DNA from: Eledone cirrhosa
Taxonomy: Eukaryota
DNA: 64,000 bases
NCBI GenBank assembly: GCA_964016885.1
Contig: OZ024751.1
Span: forward strand, 1,860,001-1,924,000
Direction: 5' to 3'
The translations under genes were made by a program, and so were the position numbers. Positions 36,301-50,690 of this stretch are shown piece after piece (within the stretch, counting starts at the first letter, position 1; every line of letters starts with the position of its first letter). Below the pieces are notes generated by a model, which had not been told where the DNA came from, searched no databases, and saw only the letters and a list, made by a program, of their open reading frames with translations.

Positions 36301-39300
36301 TGTTGGTGTTACTGTTGTTGATGTTATTAGTGTTACTGTTGTTGGTGTTGGTGGTGTTACTGTTGTTGGTGTTGTTGGTGTTACTGTTATTGGTGTTACT
36401 GTTGTTGGTGTTGGTGGTGTGACTGTTGTTGGTGTTGTTGGTGTTACTGTTGTTGGGGTTGTTAGTGTTACTGTTGTTGGTGTTGTTATTGTTACTGTTG
36501 TTGGTGTTGCTGGTGTTACTGTTGTTGGTGTGGTTGGTGTTACTGTTGTTGGTGTTGTTGGTGTTACTGTTGTTGGTGTTGTTGGTGTTACTGTTGTTGG
36601 TGTTATTAGTGTTACTGTTGTTTGTGTTGTTAGTGTTACTGTTGTTGGTGTTGTTGGTGTTAATGTTGTTGGTGTTGTTGGTGTTACTGTTGTTGGTGTT
36701 GTTGGTGTTACTGTTGTTGGTGTTGTTAGTGTTACTGTTGTTGGTGTTGTTAGTGTTACTGTTGTTGGTGTTGTTGGTGTTACTGTTGTTGGTGTTGTTA
36801 GTGTTACTGTTGTTGGTGTTGTTGGTGTTACTGTTGTTGGTGTTGTTGGTGTTACTGTTGTTGGTGTTATTTGTGTTAATGTTGTTGGTGTTGTTTGTGT
36901 CACTGTTGTTGGTGTTGTTGGTGTTACTGTTGTTGGTGTTATTGGTGTTACTGTTGTTGGTGTTATTTGTGTTACTGTTGTTGGTGTTGTTGGTGTTACT
37001 GTTGTTGGTGTTATTGGTGTTACTGTTGTTGGTGTTGTTGGTGTTATTGTTGTTGGTGTTGTTAGTGTTACTGTTGTTGGTGTTGTTAGTGTTACTGTTG
37101 TTGGTGTTACTGTTGTTGGTGTTGTTGGTGTTACTGTTGTTGGTGTTGTTAGTGTTACTGTTGTTGGTGTTGTTAGTGTTACTGTTGTTGGTGTTGTTGG
37201 TGTTACTGTTGTTGGTGTTGTTGGTGTTACTGTTGTTGGTGTTCTTAGTGTTACTGTTGTTGGTGTTGTTTGTGTTACTGTTGTTGGTGTTGTTGGTGTT
37301 ACTGTTGTTGGTGTTATTGGTGTTACTGATGTTGGTGTTGTTGGTGTTACTGTTGTTGGTGTTGTTGGTGTTACTGTTGTGGTGTTGTTAGTGTTACTGT
37401 TGTTGGTGTTGTTAGTGTTACTGTTGTTGGTTTTGTTGGTGTTACTGTTGTTGGTGTTGTCAGTGTTACTGTTGTTGGTGTTGTTAGTGTTACTGTTGTT
37501 GGTGTTGTTATTGTTACTGTTGTTGGTGTTGCTGGTGTTACTGTTGTTGGTGTTGTTGGTGTTACTGTTGTTGGTGTTGTTGGTGTTACTGTTGTTGGTG
37601 TTGTTGGTGTTACTGTTGTTGGTGTTATTAGTGTTACTGTTGTTGGTGTTGTTAGTGTTACTGTTGTTGGTGTTGTTGGTGTTAATGTTGCTGGTGTTGT
37701 TGGTGTTACTGTTGTTGGTGTTGTTGGTGTTTCTGTTGTTGGTGTTGTTAGTGTTACTGTTGTTGGTGTTGTTAGTGTTACTGTTGTCGGTGTTGTTGGT
37801 GTTACTGTTGTTGGTGTTATTGGTGTTACTGTTGTTGGTGTTGTTGGTGTTACTGTTGTTGGTGTTGTTAGTGTTACTGTTGTTGGTGTTGTTAGTGTTA
37901 CTGTTGTTGGCGTTGTTGGTGTTACTGTTGTTGGTGTTGTTGGTGTTACTGTTGTTGGTGTTGTTAGTGTTACTGTGTTGGTGTTGTTAGTGTTACTGTT
38001 GTTGGTGTTGTTGGTGTTACTGTTGTTGGTGTTGTTCGTGTTACTGTTGTTGGTGTTATTAGTGTTACTGTTGTTGGTGTTGTTTGTGTTACTGTTGTTG
38101 GTGTTGTTGGTGTTACTGATGTTGGTGTTATTGGTGTTACTGATGTTGGTGTTGTTGGTGTTACTGTTGTTGGTGTTGTTGGTGTTACTGTTGTTGGTGT
38201 TGTTAGTATTAATGTTGTTGGTGTCGTTGGTGTTACTGTTGTTGGTGTTGTTGGTGTTACTGTTGTTGGTGTTGTTGGAATTACTGTTGTTGTTGTTGTT
38301 GGTGTTACTGTTGTTGGTGTTATTGGTGTTACTGTTGTTGGTGTGGTTGGTGTTGTTTGTGTTACTGTTGTTGGTGTTGTTGGTGTTACTGTTATTGGTG
38401 TTGTTGGTGTTACTGTTGTTGGTGTTGTTGGTGTTACTGTTGTGGTGTTGTTAGTGTTACTGTTGTTGGTGTTGTTATTGTTACTGTTGTTGGTTTTGTT
38501 GGTGTTACTGTTGTTGGTGTTATTGGTGTTACTGTTGTTGGTGTTGTTGGTGTTACTGTTGTTGGTGTTGTTGGTGTTACTGTTGTTGGTGTTGTTAGTA
38601 TTAATGTTGTTGGTGTCGTTGGTGTTACTGTTGTTGGTGTTGGTGGTGTTACTGTTGTTGGTGTTGTTGGTGTTACTGTTGTTGGTGTTGTTCGTGTTAC
38701 TGTTGTTGGTGTTGGTGTTACTGTTGTTGGTGTTGTTAGTGTTACTGTTGTTGGTGTTGGTGTTGGTGTTACTGTTGTTGGTGTTGTTGGTGTTACTGTT
38801 GTTGGTGTTGTTGGTGTTACTGTTGTGGTGTTGTTAGTGTTACTGTTGTTGGTGTTGTTAGTGTTACTGTTGTTGGTTTTGTTGGTGTTACTGTTGTTGG
38901 TGTTGTCAGTGTTACTGTTGTTGGTGTTGTTAGTGTTACTGTTGTTGGTGTTGTTATTGTTACTGTTGTTGGTGTTGCTGGTGTTACTGTTGTTGGTGTT
39001 GTTGGTGTTACTCTTGTTGGTGTTGTTGGTGTTACTGTTGTTGGTGTTGTTGGTGTTACTGTTGTTGGTGTTATTAGTGTTACTGTTGTTGGTGTTGTTA
39101 GTGTTACTGTTGTTGGTGTTGTTGGTGTTACTGTTGTTGGTGTTGTTGGTGTTTCTGTTGTTGGTGTTGTTAGTGTTACTGTTGTTGGTGTTGTTAGTGT
39201 TACTGTTGTCGGTGTTGTTGGTGTTACTGTTGTTGGTGTTGTTGGTGTTACTTTTGTTGGTGTTGGTAGTGTTACTGTTGTTGGTGTTGTTAGCGTTACT

Positions 39301-42300
39301 GTTGTTGGTGTTGTTGGTATTACTGTTGTTGGTGTCGTTGGTGTTACTGTTGTTGGTGTTATTAGTGTTAATGTTGTTGGTGTTGTTTGTGTTACTGTTG
39401 TTGGTGTTGTTGGTGTTACTGTTGTTGGTGTTATTGGTGTTACTGTTGTTGGTGTTGTTTGTGTTATTGTTGTTGGTGTTGTTGGTGTTACTGTTGTTGG
39501 TGTTATTGGTGTTACTGTTGTTGGTGTTGTTGGTGTTACTGTTGTTGGTGTTGTTAGTGTTACTGTTGTTGGTGTTGTTAGTGTTACTGTTGTTGGTGTT
39601 GTTGGTGTTACTGTTGTTGGTGTTGTTGGTGTTACTTTTGTTGGTGTTGTTAGTGTTACTGTTGTTGGTGTTGTTAGTGTTACTGTTGTTGGTGTTGTTG
39701 GTGTTACTGTTGTTGGTGTTGTTGGTGTTACTGTTGTTGGTGTTATTTGTGTTAATGTTGTTGGTGTTGTTTGTGTTACTGTTGTTGGTGTTGTTGGTGT
39801 TACTGTTGTTGGTGTTATTGGTGTTACTGTTGTTGGTGTTATTTGTGTTACTGTTGTTGGTGTTGTTGGTGTTACTGTTGTTGGTGTTATTGGTGTTACT
39901 GTTGTTGGTGTTGTTGGTGTTACTGTTGTTGGTGTTGTTAGTGTTACTGTTGTTGGTGTTGTTAGTGTTACTGTTGTTGGTGTTGTTGGTGTTACTGTTG
40001 TTGGTGTTGTTGGTGTTACTGTTGTTGGTGTTGTTAGTGTTACTGTTGTTGGTGTTGTTAGTGTTACTGTTGTTGGTGTTGTTGGTGTTACTGTTGTTGG
40101 TGTTGTTGGTGTTACTGTTGTTGGTGTTCTTAGTGTTACTGTTGTTGGTGTTGTTTGTGTTACTGTTGTTGGTGTTGTTGGTGTTACTGTTGTTGGTGTT
40201 ATTGGTGTTACTGATGTTGGTGTTGTTGGTGTTACTGTTGTTGGTGTTGTTGGTGTTACTGTTGTTGGTGTTGTTAGTATTAATGTTGTTGGTGTCGTTG
40301 GTGTTACTGTTGTTGGTGTTGGTGGTGTTACTGTTGTCGGTGTTGTTGGAGTTACTGCTGTTGTTGTTGTTGGTGTTACTGTTGTTGGTGTTATTGGTGT
40401 TACTGTTGTTGGTGTTGTTGGTGTTGTTTGTGTTACTGTTGTTGGTGTTGTTGGTGTTACTGTTATTGGTGTTGTTGGTGTTACTGTTGTTGGTGTTGTT
40501 GGTGTTACTGTTGTGGTGTTGTTAGTGTTAATGTTGTTGGTGTTGTTATTGTTACTGTTGTTGGTTTTGTTGGTATTACTGTTGTTGGTGTTATTGGTGT
40601 TACTGTTGTTGGTGTTGTTGGTGTTACTGTTGTTGGTGTTGTTAGTGTTACTGTTGTTGGTGTTGTTAGTATTAATGTTGTTGGTGTCGTTGGTGTTACT
40701 GTTGTTGGTGTTGGTGGTGTTACTGTTGTTGGTGTTGTTGGTGTTACTGTTGTTGGTGTTGTTCGTGTTACTGTTGTTGGTGTTTGTGTTACTGTTGTTG
40801 GTGTTGTTAGTGTTACTGTTGTTGGTGTTGGTGTTGGTGTTACTGTTGTTGGTGTTGTTGGTGTTACTGTTGTTGGTGTTGTTGGTGTTACTGTTATGGT
40901 GTTGTTAGTGTTACTGTTGATGGTGTTGTTAGTGTTACTGTTGTTGGTTTTGTTGGTGTTACTGTTGTTGGTGTTGTCAGTGTTACTGTTGTTGGTGTTG
41001 TTAGTGTTACTGTTGTTGGTGTTGTTATTGTTACTGTTGTTGGTGTTGGTGGTGTTAATGTTGTTGGTGTTGTTGGTGTTACTGTTGTTGGTGTTGTTGG
41101 TGTTACTGTTGTTGGTGTTGTTGGTGTTACTGTTGTTGGTGTTATTAGTGTTACTGTTGTTGGTGTTGTTAGTGTTACTGTTGTTGGTGTTGTTGGTGTT
41201 AATGTTGCTGGTGTTGTTGGTGTTACTGTTGTTGGTGTTGTTGGTGTTTCTGTTGTTGGTGTTGTTAGTGTTACTGTTGTTGGTGTTGTTAGTGTTACTG
41301 TTGTCGGCGTTGTTGGTGTTACTGTTGTTGGTGTTGTTGGTGTTACTTTTGTTGGTGTTGTTAGTGTTACTGTTGTTGGTGTTGTTAGAGTCACTGTTGT
41401 TGGTGTTGTTGGTGTTACTGTTGTTGCTGTTGTTGGTGTTACTGTTGTTGGTATTGCTGGTGTTACTGTTGTTGCTGTTGTTGGTGTTACTGTTGTTGGT
41501 GTTGTTGGTGTTACTGTTGTTGGTGTTACTGTTGTTGGTGTTATTAGTGTTAATGTTGTTGGTGTTGTTTGTGTTACTGTTGTTGGTGTTGTTGGTGTTA
41601 CTGTTGTTGGTGTTATTGGTGTTACTGTTGTTGGTGTTGTTGGTGTTACTGTTGTTGGTGTTGTTAGTGTTACTGTTGTTGGTGTTGTTAGTGTTACTGT
41701 TGTTGGCGTTGTTGGTGTTACTGTTGTTGGTGTTGTTGGTGTTACTGTTGTTGGTGTTGTTAGTGTTACTGTGTTGGTGTTGTTAGTGTTACTGTTGTTG
41801 GTGTTGTTATGTTACTGTTGTTGGTGTTGTTGGTGTTACTGTTGTTGGTGTTATTATTGTTACTGTTGTTGGTGTTGTTTGTGTTACTGTTGTTGGTGTT
41901 GTTGGTGTTACTGTTGTTGGTGTTATTGGTGTTACTGATGTTGGTGTTGTTGGTGTTACTGTTGTTGGTGTTGTTGGTGTTACTGTTGTTGGTGTTGTTA
42001 GTATTAATGTTGTTGGTGTCGTTGGTGTTACTGTTGTTGGTGTTGTTGGTGTTACTGTTGTTGGTGTTGTTGGAGTTACTGTTGTTGTTGTTGGTGTTAC
42101 TGTTGTTGGTGTTATTGGTGTTACTGTTGTTGGTGTGGTTGGTGTTGTTTGTGTTACTGTTGTTGGTGTTGTTGGTGTTACTGTTATTGGTGTTGTTGGT
42201 GTTACTGTTGTTGGTGTTGTTGGTGTTACTGTTGTGGTGTTGTTAGTGTTACTGTTGTTGGTGTTGTTATTGTTACTGTTGTTGGTTTTGTTGGTGTTAC

Positions 42301-45300
42301 TGTTGTTGGTGTTATTGGTGTTACTGTTGTTGGTGTTGTTGGTGTTACTGTTGTTGGTGTTGTTGGTGTTACTGTTGTTGGTGTTGTTAGTATTAATGTT
42401 GTTGGTGTCGTTGGTGTTACTGTTGTTGGTGTTGGTGGTGTTACTGTTGTTGGTGTTGTTGGTGTTACTGTTGTTGGTGTTGTTCGTGTTACTGTTGTTG
42501 GTGTTGGTGTTACTGTTGTTGCTGTTGTTAGTGTTACTGTTGTTGGTGTTGGTGTTGGTGTTACTGTTGTTGGTGTTGTTGGTGTTACTGTTGTTGGTGT
42601 TGTTGGTGTTACTGTTGTGGTGTTGTTAGTGTTACTGTTGTTGGTGTTGTTAGTGTTACTGTTGTTGGTTTTGTTGGTGTTACTGTTGTTGGTGTTGTCA
42701 GTGTTACTGTTGTTGGTGTTGTTAGTGTTACTGTTGTTGGTGTTGTTATTGTTACTGTTGTTGGTGTTGCTGGTGTTACTGTTGTTGGTGTTGTTGGTGT
42801 TACTGTTGTTGGTGTTGTTGGTGTTACTGTTGTTGGTGTTGTTGGTGTTACTGTTGTTGGTGTTATTAGTGTTACTGTTGTTGGTGTTGTTAGTGTTACT
42901 GTTGTTGGTGTTGTTTGTGTTAATGTTGCTGGTGTTGTTGGTGTTACTGTTGTTGGTGTTGTTGGTGTTTCTGTTGTTGGTGTTGTTAGTGTTACTGTTG
43001 TTGGTGTTGTTAGTGTTACTGTTGTCGGTGTTGTTGGTGTTACTGTTGTTGGTGTTGTTGGTGTTACTTTTGTTGGTGTTGTTAGTGTTACTGTTGTTGG
43101 TGTTGTTAGAGTCACTGTTGTTGGTGTTGTTGGTGTTACTGTTGTTGGTGTTGTTGGTGTTACTGTTGTTGGTGTTGCTGGTGTTACTGTTGTTGGTGTT
43201 GTTGGTGTTACTGTTGTTGGTGTTGTTGGTGTTACTGTTGTTGGTGTTGTTGGTGTTACTGTTGTTGGTGTTATTAGTGTTAATGTTGTTGGTGTTGTTT
43301 GTGTTACTGTTGTTGGTGTTGTTGGTGTTACTGTTGTTGGTGTTATTGGTGTTACTGTTGTTGGTGTTGTTGGTGTTACTGTTGTTGGTGTTGTTAGTGT
43401 TACTGTTGTTGGTGTTGTTAGTGTTACTGTTGTTGGCGTTATTGGTGTTACTGTTGTTGGTGTTGTTGGTGTTACTGTTGTTGGTGTTGTTAGTGTTACT
43501 GTGTTGGTGTTGTTAGTATTACTGTTGTTGGTGTTGTTGGTGTTACTGTTGTTGGTGTTGTTGGTGTTACTGTTGTTGGTGTTATTGGTGTTACTGTTGT
43601 TGGTGTTGTTGGTGTTACTGTTGTTGGTGTTATTAGTGTTACTGTTGTTGGTGTTGTTTGTGTTACTGTTGTTGGTGTTGTTGGTGTTACTGTTGTTGGT
43701 GTTATTGGTGTTACTGATGTTGGTGTTGTTGGTGTTACTGTTGTTGGTGTTGTTGGTGTTACTGTTGTTGGTGTTGTTAGTATTAATGTTGTTGGTGTCG
43801 TTGGTGTTACTGTTGTTGGTGTTGTTGGTGTTACTGTTGTTGGTGTTATTGGTGTTACTGTTGTTGGTGTGGTTGGTGTTGTTTGTGTTACTTTTGTTGG
43901 TGTTGTTGGTGTTACTGTTATTGGTGTTGTTGGTGTTACTGTTGTTGGTGTTGTTGGTGTTACTGTTGTGGTGTTGTTAGTGTTACTGTTGTTGGTGTTG
44001 TTATTGTTACTGTTGTTGGTTTTGTTGGTGTTACTGTTGTTGGTGTTATTGGTGTTACTGTTGTTGGTGTTGGTGGTGTTACTGTTGTTGGTGTTGTTGG
44101 TGTTACTGTTGTTGGTGTTGTTCGTGTTACTGTTGTTGGTGTTGGTGTTACTGTTGTTGGTGTTGTTAGTGTTACTGTTGTTGGTGTTGGAGTTGGTGTT
44201 ACTGTTGTTGGTGTTGTTGGTGTTACTGTTGTTGGTGTTACTGTTGTGGTGTTGTTAGTGTTACTGTTGTTGGTGTTGTAAGTGTTACTGTTGTTGGTTT
44301 TGTTGGTGTTACTGTTGTTGGTGTTGTCAGTGTTACTGTTGTAGGTGTTGTTAGTGTTACTGTTGTTGGTGTTGTTATTGTTACTGTTGTTGGTGTTGCT
44401 GGTGTTACTGTTGTTGGTGTTGTTGGTGTTACTGTTGTTGGTGTTGTTGGTGTTACTGTTGTTGGTGTTGTTGGTGTTACTGTTGTTGGTGTTATTAGCG
44501 TTACTGTTGTTGGTGTTGTTAGTGTTACTGTTGTTGGTGTTGTTGGTGTTACTGTTGTTGGTGTTGTTAGTGTTACTGTTGTTGGTGTTGTTGGTGTTAC
44601 TGTTGTTGGTGTTGTTTGTGTTACTGTTGTTGGTGTTGTTGGTGTTACTGTTGTTGGTGTTGTTGGTGTTACTGTTGTTGGTGTTGTTGGTGTTACTGCT
44701 TTGGTGTTGTTGGTGTTACTTTTGTTGGTGTTGTTGGTGTTACTGTTGTTCGTGTTGTTGGTGTTACTGTTGTTGGTGTTGTTGGTGTTACTGTTGTTGG
44801 TGTTCTTGGTGTTACTGTTATTGGTGTTACTGTTGTTGGTGTTGGTGGTGTGACTGTTGTTGGTGTTGTTGGTGTTACTGTTGTTGGTGTTGTTAGTGTT
44901 ACTGTTGTTGGTGTTGTTAGTGTTACTGTTGTTGGTATTGTTGGTGTTACTGTTGTTGGTGTTGTTAGTGTTACTGTTGTTGGTGTTGTTATTGTTACTG
45001 TTGTTGGTGTTGCTGGTGTTACTGTTGTTGGTGTTGTTGGTGTTACTGTTGTTGGTGTTGTTGGTGTTACTGTTGTTGGTGTTGTTGGTGTTACTGTTGT
45101 TGGTGTTATTAGTGTTACTGTTGTTTGTGTTGTTAGTGTTACTGTTGTTGGTGTTGTTGGTGTTAATGTTGTTGGTGTTGTTGGTGTTACTGTTGTTGGT
45201 GTTGTTGGTGTTACTGTTGTTGGTGTTGTTAGTGTTACTGTTGTTGGTGTTGTTAGTGTTACTGTTGTTGGTGTTGTTTGTGTTAATGTTGCTGGTGTTG

Positions 45301-48300
45301 TTGGTGTTACTGTTGTTGGTGTTGTTGGTGTTTCTGTTGTTGGTGTTGTTAGTGTTACTGTTGTTGGTGTTGTTAGTGTTAATGTTGTCGGTGTTGTTGG
45401 TGTTACTGTTGTTGGTGTTGTTGGTGTTACTTTTGTTGGTGTTGTTAGTGTTACTGTTGTTGGTGTTGTTAGAGTCACTGTTGTTGGTGTTGTTGGTGTT
45501 ACTGTTGTTGGTGTAGTTGGTGTTACTGTTGTTGGTGTTGCTGGTGTTACTGTTGTTGGTGTTGTTGGTGTTACTGTTGTTGGTGTTGTTGGTGTTACTG
45601 TTGTTGGTGTTGTTGGTGTTACTGTTGTTGGTGTTATTAGTGTTAATGTTGTTGGTGTTGTTTGTGTTACTGTTGTTGGTGTTGTTGGTGTTACTGTTGT
45701 TGGTGTTATTGGTGTTACTGTTGTTGGTGTTGTTGGTGTTACTGTTGTTGGTGTTGTTAGTGTTACTGTTGTTGGTGTTGTTAGTGTTACTGTTGTTGGC
45801 GTTGTTGGTGTTACTGTCGTTGGTGTTGTTGGTGTTACTGTTGTTGGTGTTGTTAGTGTTACTGTGTTGGTGTTGTTAGTGTTACTGTTGTTGGTGTTGT
45901 TGGTGTTACTGTTGTTGGTGTTGTTGGTGTTACTGTTGTTGGTGTTATTAGTGTTACTGTTGTTGGTGTTGTTTGTGTTACTGTTGTTGGTGTTGTTGGT
46001 GTTACTGTTGTTGGTGTCATTGGTGTTACTGATGTTGGTGTTGTTGGTGTTACTGTTGTTGGTGTTGTTGGTGTTACTGTTGTTGGTGTTGTTAGTATTA
46101 ATGTTGTTGGTGTCGTTGGTGTTACTGTTGTTGGTGTTGTTGGTGTTACTGTTGTTGGTGTTGTTGGAGTTACTGTTGTTGTTGTTGTTGGTGTTACTGT
46201 TGTTGGTGTTATTGGTGTTACTGTTGTTGGTGTGGTTGGTGTTGTTTGTGTTACTTTTGTTGGTGTTGTTGGAGTTACTGTTGTTGTTGTTGTTGGTGTT
46301 ACTGTTATTGGTTTTGTTGGTGTTACTGTTGTTGGTGTTGTTGGTGTTACTGTTGTGGTGTTGTTAGCGTTACTGTTGTTGGTGTTGTTATTGTTACTGT
46401 TGTTGGTTTTGTTGGTGTTACTGTTGTTGGTGTTATTGGTGTTACTGTTGTTGGTGTTGTTGGTGTTACTGTTGTTGGTGTTGTTGGTGTTACTGTTGTT
46501 GGTGTTGTTAGTATTAATGTTGTTGGTGTCGTTGGTGTTACTGTTGTTGGTGTTGGTGATGTTACTGTTGTTGGTGTTGTTGGTGTCACTGTTGTTGGTG
46601 TTGTTCGTGTTACTGTTGTTGGTGTTGGTGTTACTGTTGTTGGTGTTGTTAGTGTTACTGTTGTTGGTGTTGGTGTTGGTGTTACTGTTGTTGGTGTTGT
46701 TGGTGTTACTGTTGTTGGTGTTGTTGGTGTTACTGTTGTGGTGTTGTTAGTGTTACTGTTGTTGGTGTTGTTAGTGTTACTGTTGTTGGTTTTGTTGGTG
46801 TTACTGTTGTTGGTGTTGTCAGTGTTACTGTTGTTGGTGTTGTTAGTGTTACTGTTGTTGGTGTTGTTATTGTTACTGTTGTTGGTGTTGCTGGTGTTAC
46901 TGTTGTTGGTGTTGTTGGTGTTACTGTTGTTGGTGTTGTTGGTGTTACTGTTGTTGGTGTTGTTGGTGTTACTGTTGTTGGTGTTGTTAGTGTTACTGTT
47001 GTTGGTTTTGTTGGTGTTACTGTTGTTGGTGTTGTCAGTGTTACTGTTGTTGGTGTTGTTAGTGTTACTGTTGTTGGTGTTGTTATTGTTACTGTTGTTG
47101 GTGTTGCTGGTGTTACTGTTGTTGGTGTTGTTAGTGTTACTGTTGTTGGTGTTGTTGGTGTTACTGTTGTTGGTGTTGTTAGTGTTACTGTTGTTGGTGT
47201 TGTTGGTGTTACTGTTGTTGGTGTTGTTTGTGTTACTGTTGTTGGTGTTGTTGGTGTTACTGTTGTTGGTGTTGTTGGTGTTACTGTTGTTGGTGTTGTT
47301 GGTGTTATTGCTTTGGTGTTGTTGGTGTTACTTTTGTTGGTGTTGTTGGTGTTACTGTTGTTCGTGTTGTTGGTGTTACTGTTGTTGGTGTTGTTGGTGT
47401 TACTGTTGTTGATGTTATTAGTGTTACTGTTGTTGGTGTTGGTGGTGTTACTGTTGTTGGTGTTGTTGGTGTTACTGTTATTGGTGTTACTGTTGTTGGT
47501 GTTGGTGGTGTGACTGTTGTTGGTGTTGTTGGTGTTACTGTTGTTGGGGTTGTTAGTGTTACTGTTGTTGGTGTTGTTATTGTTACTGTTGTTGGTGTTG
47601 CTGGTGTTACTGTTGTTGGTGTGGTTGGTGTTACTGTTGTTGGTGTTGTTGGTGTTACTGTTGTTGGTGTTGTTGGTGTTACTGTTGTTGGTGTTATTAG
47701 TGTTACTGTTGTTTGTGTTGTTAGTGTTACTGTTGTTGGTGTTGTTGGTGTTAATGTTGTTGGTGTTGTTGGTGTTACTGTTGTTGGTGTTGTTGGTGTT
47801 ACTGTTGTTGGTGTTGTTAGTGTTACTGTTGTTGGTGTTGTTAGTGTTACTGTTGTTGGTGTTGTTGGTGTTACTGTTGTTGGTGTTGTTAGTGTTACTG
47901 TTGTTGGTGTTGTTGGTGTTACTGTTGTTGGTGTTGTTGGTGTTACTGTTGTTGGTGTTATTTGTGTTAATGTTGTTGGTGTTGTTTGTGTCACTGTTGT
48001 TGGTGTTGTTGGTGTTACTGTTGTTGGTGTTATTGGTGTTACTGTTGTTGGTGTTATTTGTGTTACTGTTGTTGGTGTTGTTGGTGTTACTGTTGTTGGT
48101 GTTATTGGTGTTACTGTTGTTGGTGTTGTTGGTGTTATTGTTGTTGGTGTTGTTAGTGTTACTGTTGTTGGTGTTGTTAGTGTTACTGTTGTTGGTGTTG
48201 TTGGTGTTACTGTTGTTGGTGTTGTTGGTGTTACTGTTGTTGGTGTTGTTAGTGTTACTGTTGTTGGTGTTGTTAGTGTTACTGTTGTTGGTGTTGTTGG

Positions 48301-50690
48301 TGTTACTGTTGTTGGTGTTGTTGGTGTTACTGTTGTTGGTGTTCTTAGTGTTACTGTTGTTGGTGTTGTTTGTGTTACTGTTGTTGGTGTTGTTGGTGTT
48401 ACTGTTGTTGGTGTTATTGGTGTTACTGTTGTTGGTGTTGTTGGTGTTACTGTTGTGGTGTTGTTAGTGTTACTGTTGTTGGTGTTGTTAGTGTTACTGT
48501 TGTTGGTTTTGTTGGTGTTACTGTTGTTGGTGTTGTCAGTGTTACTGTTGTTGGTGTTGTTAGTGTTACTGTTGTTGGTGTTGTTATTGTTACTGTTGTT
48601 GGTGTTGCTGGTGTTACTGTTGTTGGTGTTGTTGGTGTTACTGTTGTTGGTGTTGTTGGTGTTACTGTTGTTGGTGTTGTTGGTGTTACTGTTGTTGGTG
48701 TTATTAGTGTTACTGTTGTTGGTGTTGTTAGTGTTACTGTTGTTGGTGTTGTTGGTGTTAATGTTGCTGGTGTTGTTGGTGTTACTGTTGTTGGTGTTGT
48801 TGGTGTTTCTGTTGTTGGTGTTGTTAGTGTTACTGTTGTTGGTGTTGTTAGTGTTACTGTTGTCGGTGTTGTTGGTGTTACTGTTGTTGGTGTTATTGGT
48901 GTTACTGTTGTTGGTGTTGTTGGTGTTACTGTTGTTGGTGTTGTTAGTGTTACTGTTGTTGGTGTTGTTAGTGTTACTGTTGTTGGCGTTGTTGGTGTTA
49001 CTGTTGTTGGTGTTGTTGGTGTTACTGTTGTTGGTGTTGTTAGTGTTACTGTGTTGGTGTTGTTAGTGTTACTGTTGTTGGTGTTGTTGGTGTTACTGTT
49101 GTTGGTGTTGTTCGTGTTACTGTTGTTGGTGTTATTAGTGTTACTGTTGTTGGTGTTGTTTGTGTTACTGTTGTTGGTGTTGTTGGTGTTACTGATGTTG
49201 GTGTTATTGGTGTTACTGATGTTGGTGTTGTTGGTGTTACTGTTGTTGGTGTTGTTGGTGTTACTGTTGTTGGTGTTGTTAGTATTAATGTTGTTGGTGT
49301 CGTTGGTGTTACTGTTGTTGGTGTTGTTGGTGTTACTGTTGTTGGTGTTGTTGGAATTACTGTTGTTGTTGTTGTTGGTGTTACTGTTGTTGGTGTTATT
49401 GGTGTTACTGTTGTTGGTGTGGTTGGTGTTGTTTGTGTTACTGTTGTTGGTGTTGTTGGTGTTACTGTTATTGGTGTTGTTGGTGTTACTGTTGTTGGTG
49501 TTGTTGGTGTTACTGTTGTGGTGTTGTTAGTGTTACTGTTGTTGGTGTTGTTATTGTTACTGTTGTTGGTTTTGTTGGTGTTACTGTTGTTGGTGTTATT
49601 GGTGTTACTGTTGTTGGTGTTACTGTTGTTGGTGTTGTTGGTGTTACTGTTGTTGGTGTTGTTAGTATTAATGTTGTTGGTGTCGTTGGTGTTACTGTTG
49701 TTGGTGTTGGTGGTGTTACTGTTGTTGGTGTTGTTGGTGTTACTGTTGTTGGTGTTGTTCGTGTTACTGTTGTTGGTGTTGGTGTTACTGTTGTTGGTGT
49801 TGTTAGTGTTACTGTTGTTGGTGTTGGTGTTGGTGTTACTGTTGTTGGTGTTGTTGGTGTTACTGTTGTTGGTGTTGTTGGTGTTACTGTTGTGGTGTTG
49901 TTAGTGTTACTGTTGTTGGTGTTGTTAGTGTTACTGTTGTTGGTTTTGTTGGTGTTACTGTTGTTGGTGTTGTCAGTGTTACTGTTGTTGGTGTTGTTAG
50001 TGTTACTGTTGTTGGTGTTGTTATTGTTACTGTTGTTGGTGTTGCTGGTGTTACTGTTGTTGGTGTTGTTGGTGTTACTCTTGTTGGTGTTGTTGGTGTT
50101 ACTGTTGTTGGTGTTGTTGGTGTTACTGTTGTTGGTGTTATTAGTGTTACTGTTGTTGGTGTTGTTAGTGTTACTGTTGTTGGTGTTGTTGGTGTTACTG
50201 TTGTTGGTGTTGTTGGTGTTTCTGTTGTTGGTGTTGTTAGTGTTACTGTTGTTGGTGTTGTTAGTGTTACTGTTGTCGGTGTTGTTGGTGTTACTGTTGT
50301 TGGTGTTGTTGGTGTTACTTTTGTTGGTGTTGGTAGTGTTACTGTTGTTGGTGTTGTTAGCGTTACTGTTGTTGGTGTTGTTGGTATTACTGTTGTTGGT
50401 GTCGTTGGTGTTACTGTTGTTGGTGTTATTAGTGTTAATGTTGTTGGTGTTGTTTGTGTTACTGTTGTTGGTGTTGTTGGTGTTACTGTTGTTGGTGTTA
50501 TTGGTGTTACTGTTGTTGGTGTTGTTTGTGTTATTGTTGTTGGTGTTGTTGGTGTTACTGTTGTTGGTGTTATTGGTGTTACTGTTGTTGGTGTTGTTGG
50601 TGTTACTGTTGTTGGTGTTGTTAGTGTTACTGTTGTTGGTGTTGTTAGTGTTACTGTTGTTGGTGTTGTTGGTGTTACTGTTGTTGGTGT
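27340..50690. repeat. Higher-order tandem duplication of a ~12.2-kb / ~11.1-kb unit (copy 1 ~27340-39500, copy 2 ~39500-50690)
   Basis: Colinear markers with stepwise offsets: 12,163 (27966/40129), 12,139 (28289/40428), 12,020 (29789/41809), 11,143 (31972/43115), 11,095 (32774/43869), 11,091 (35141/46232; 36137/47228), 11,076 (38343/49419), 11,067 (39466/50533). Confidence 0.92.
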
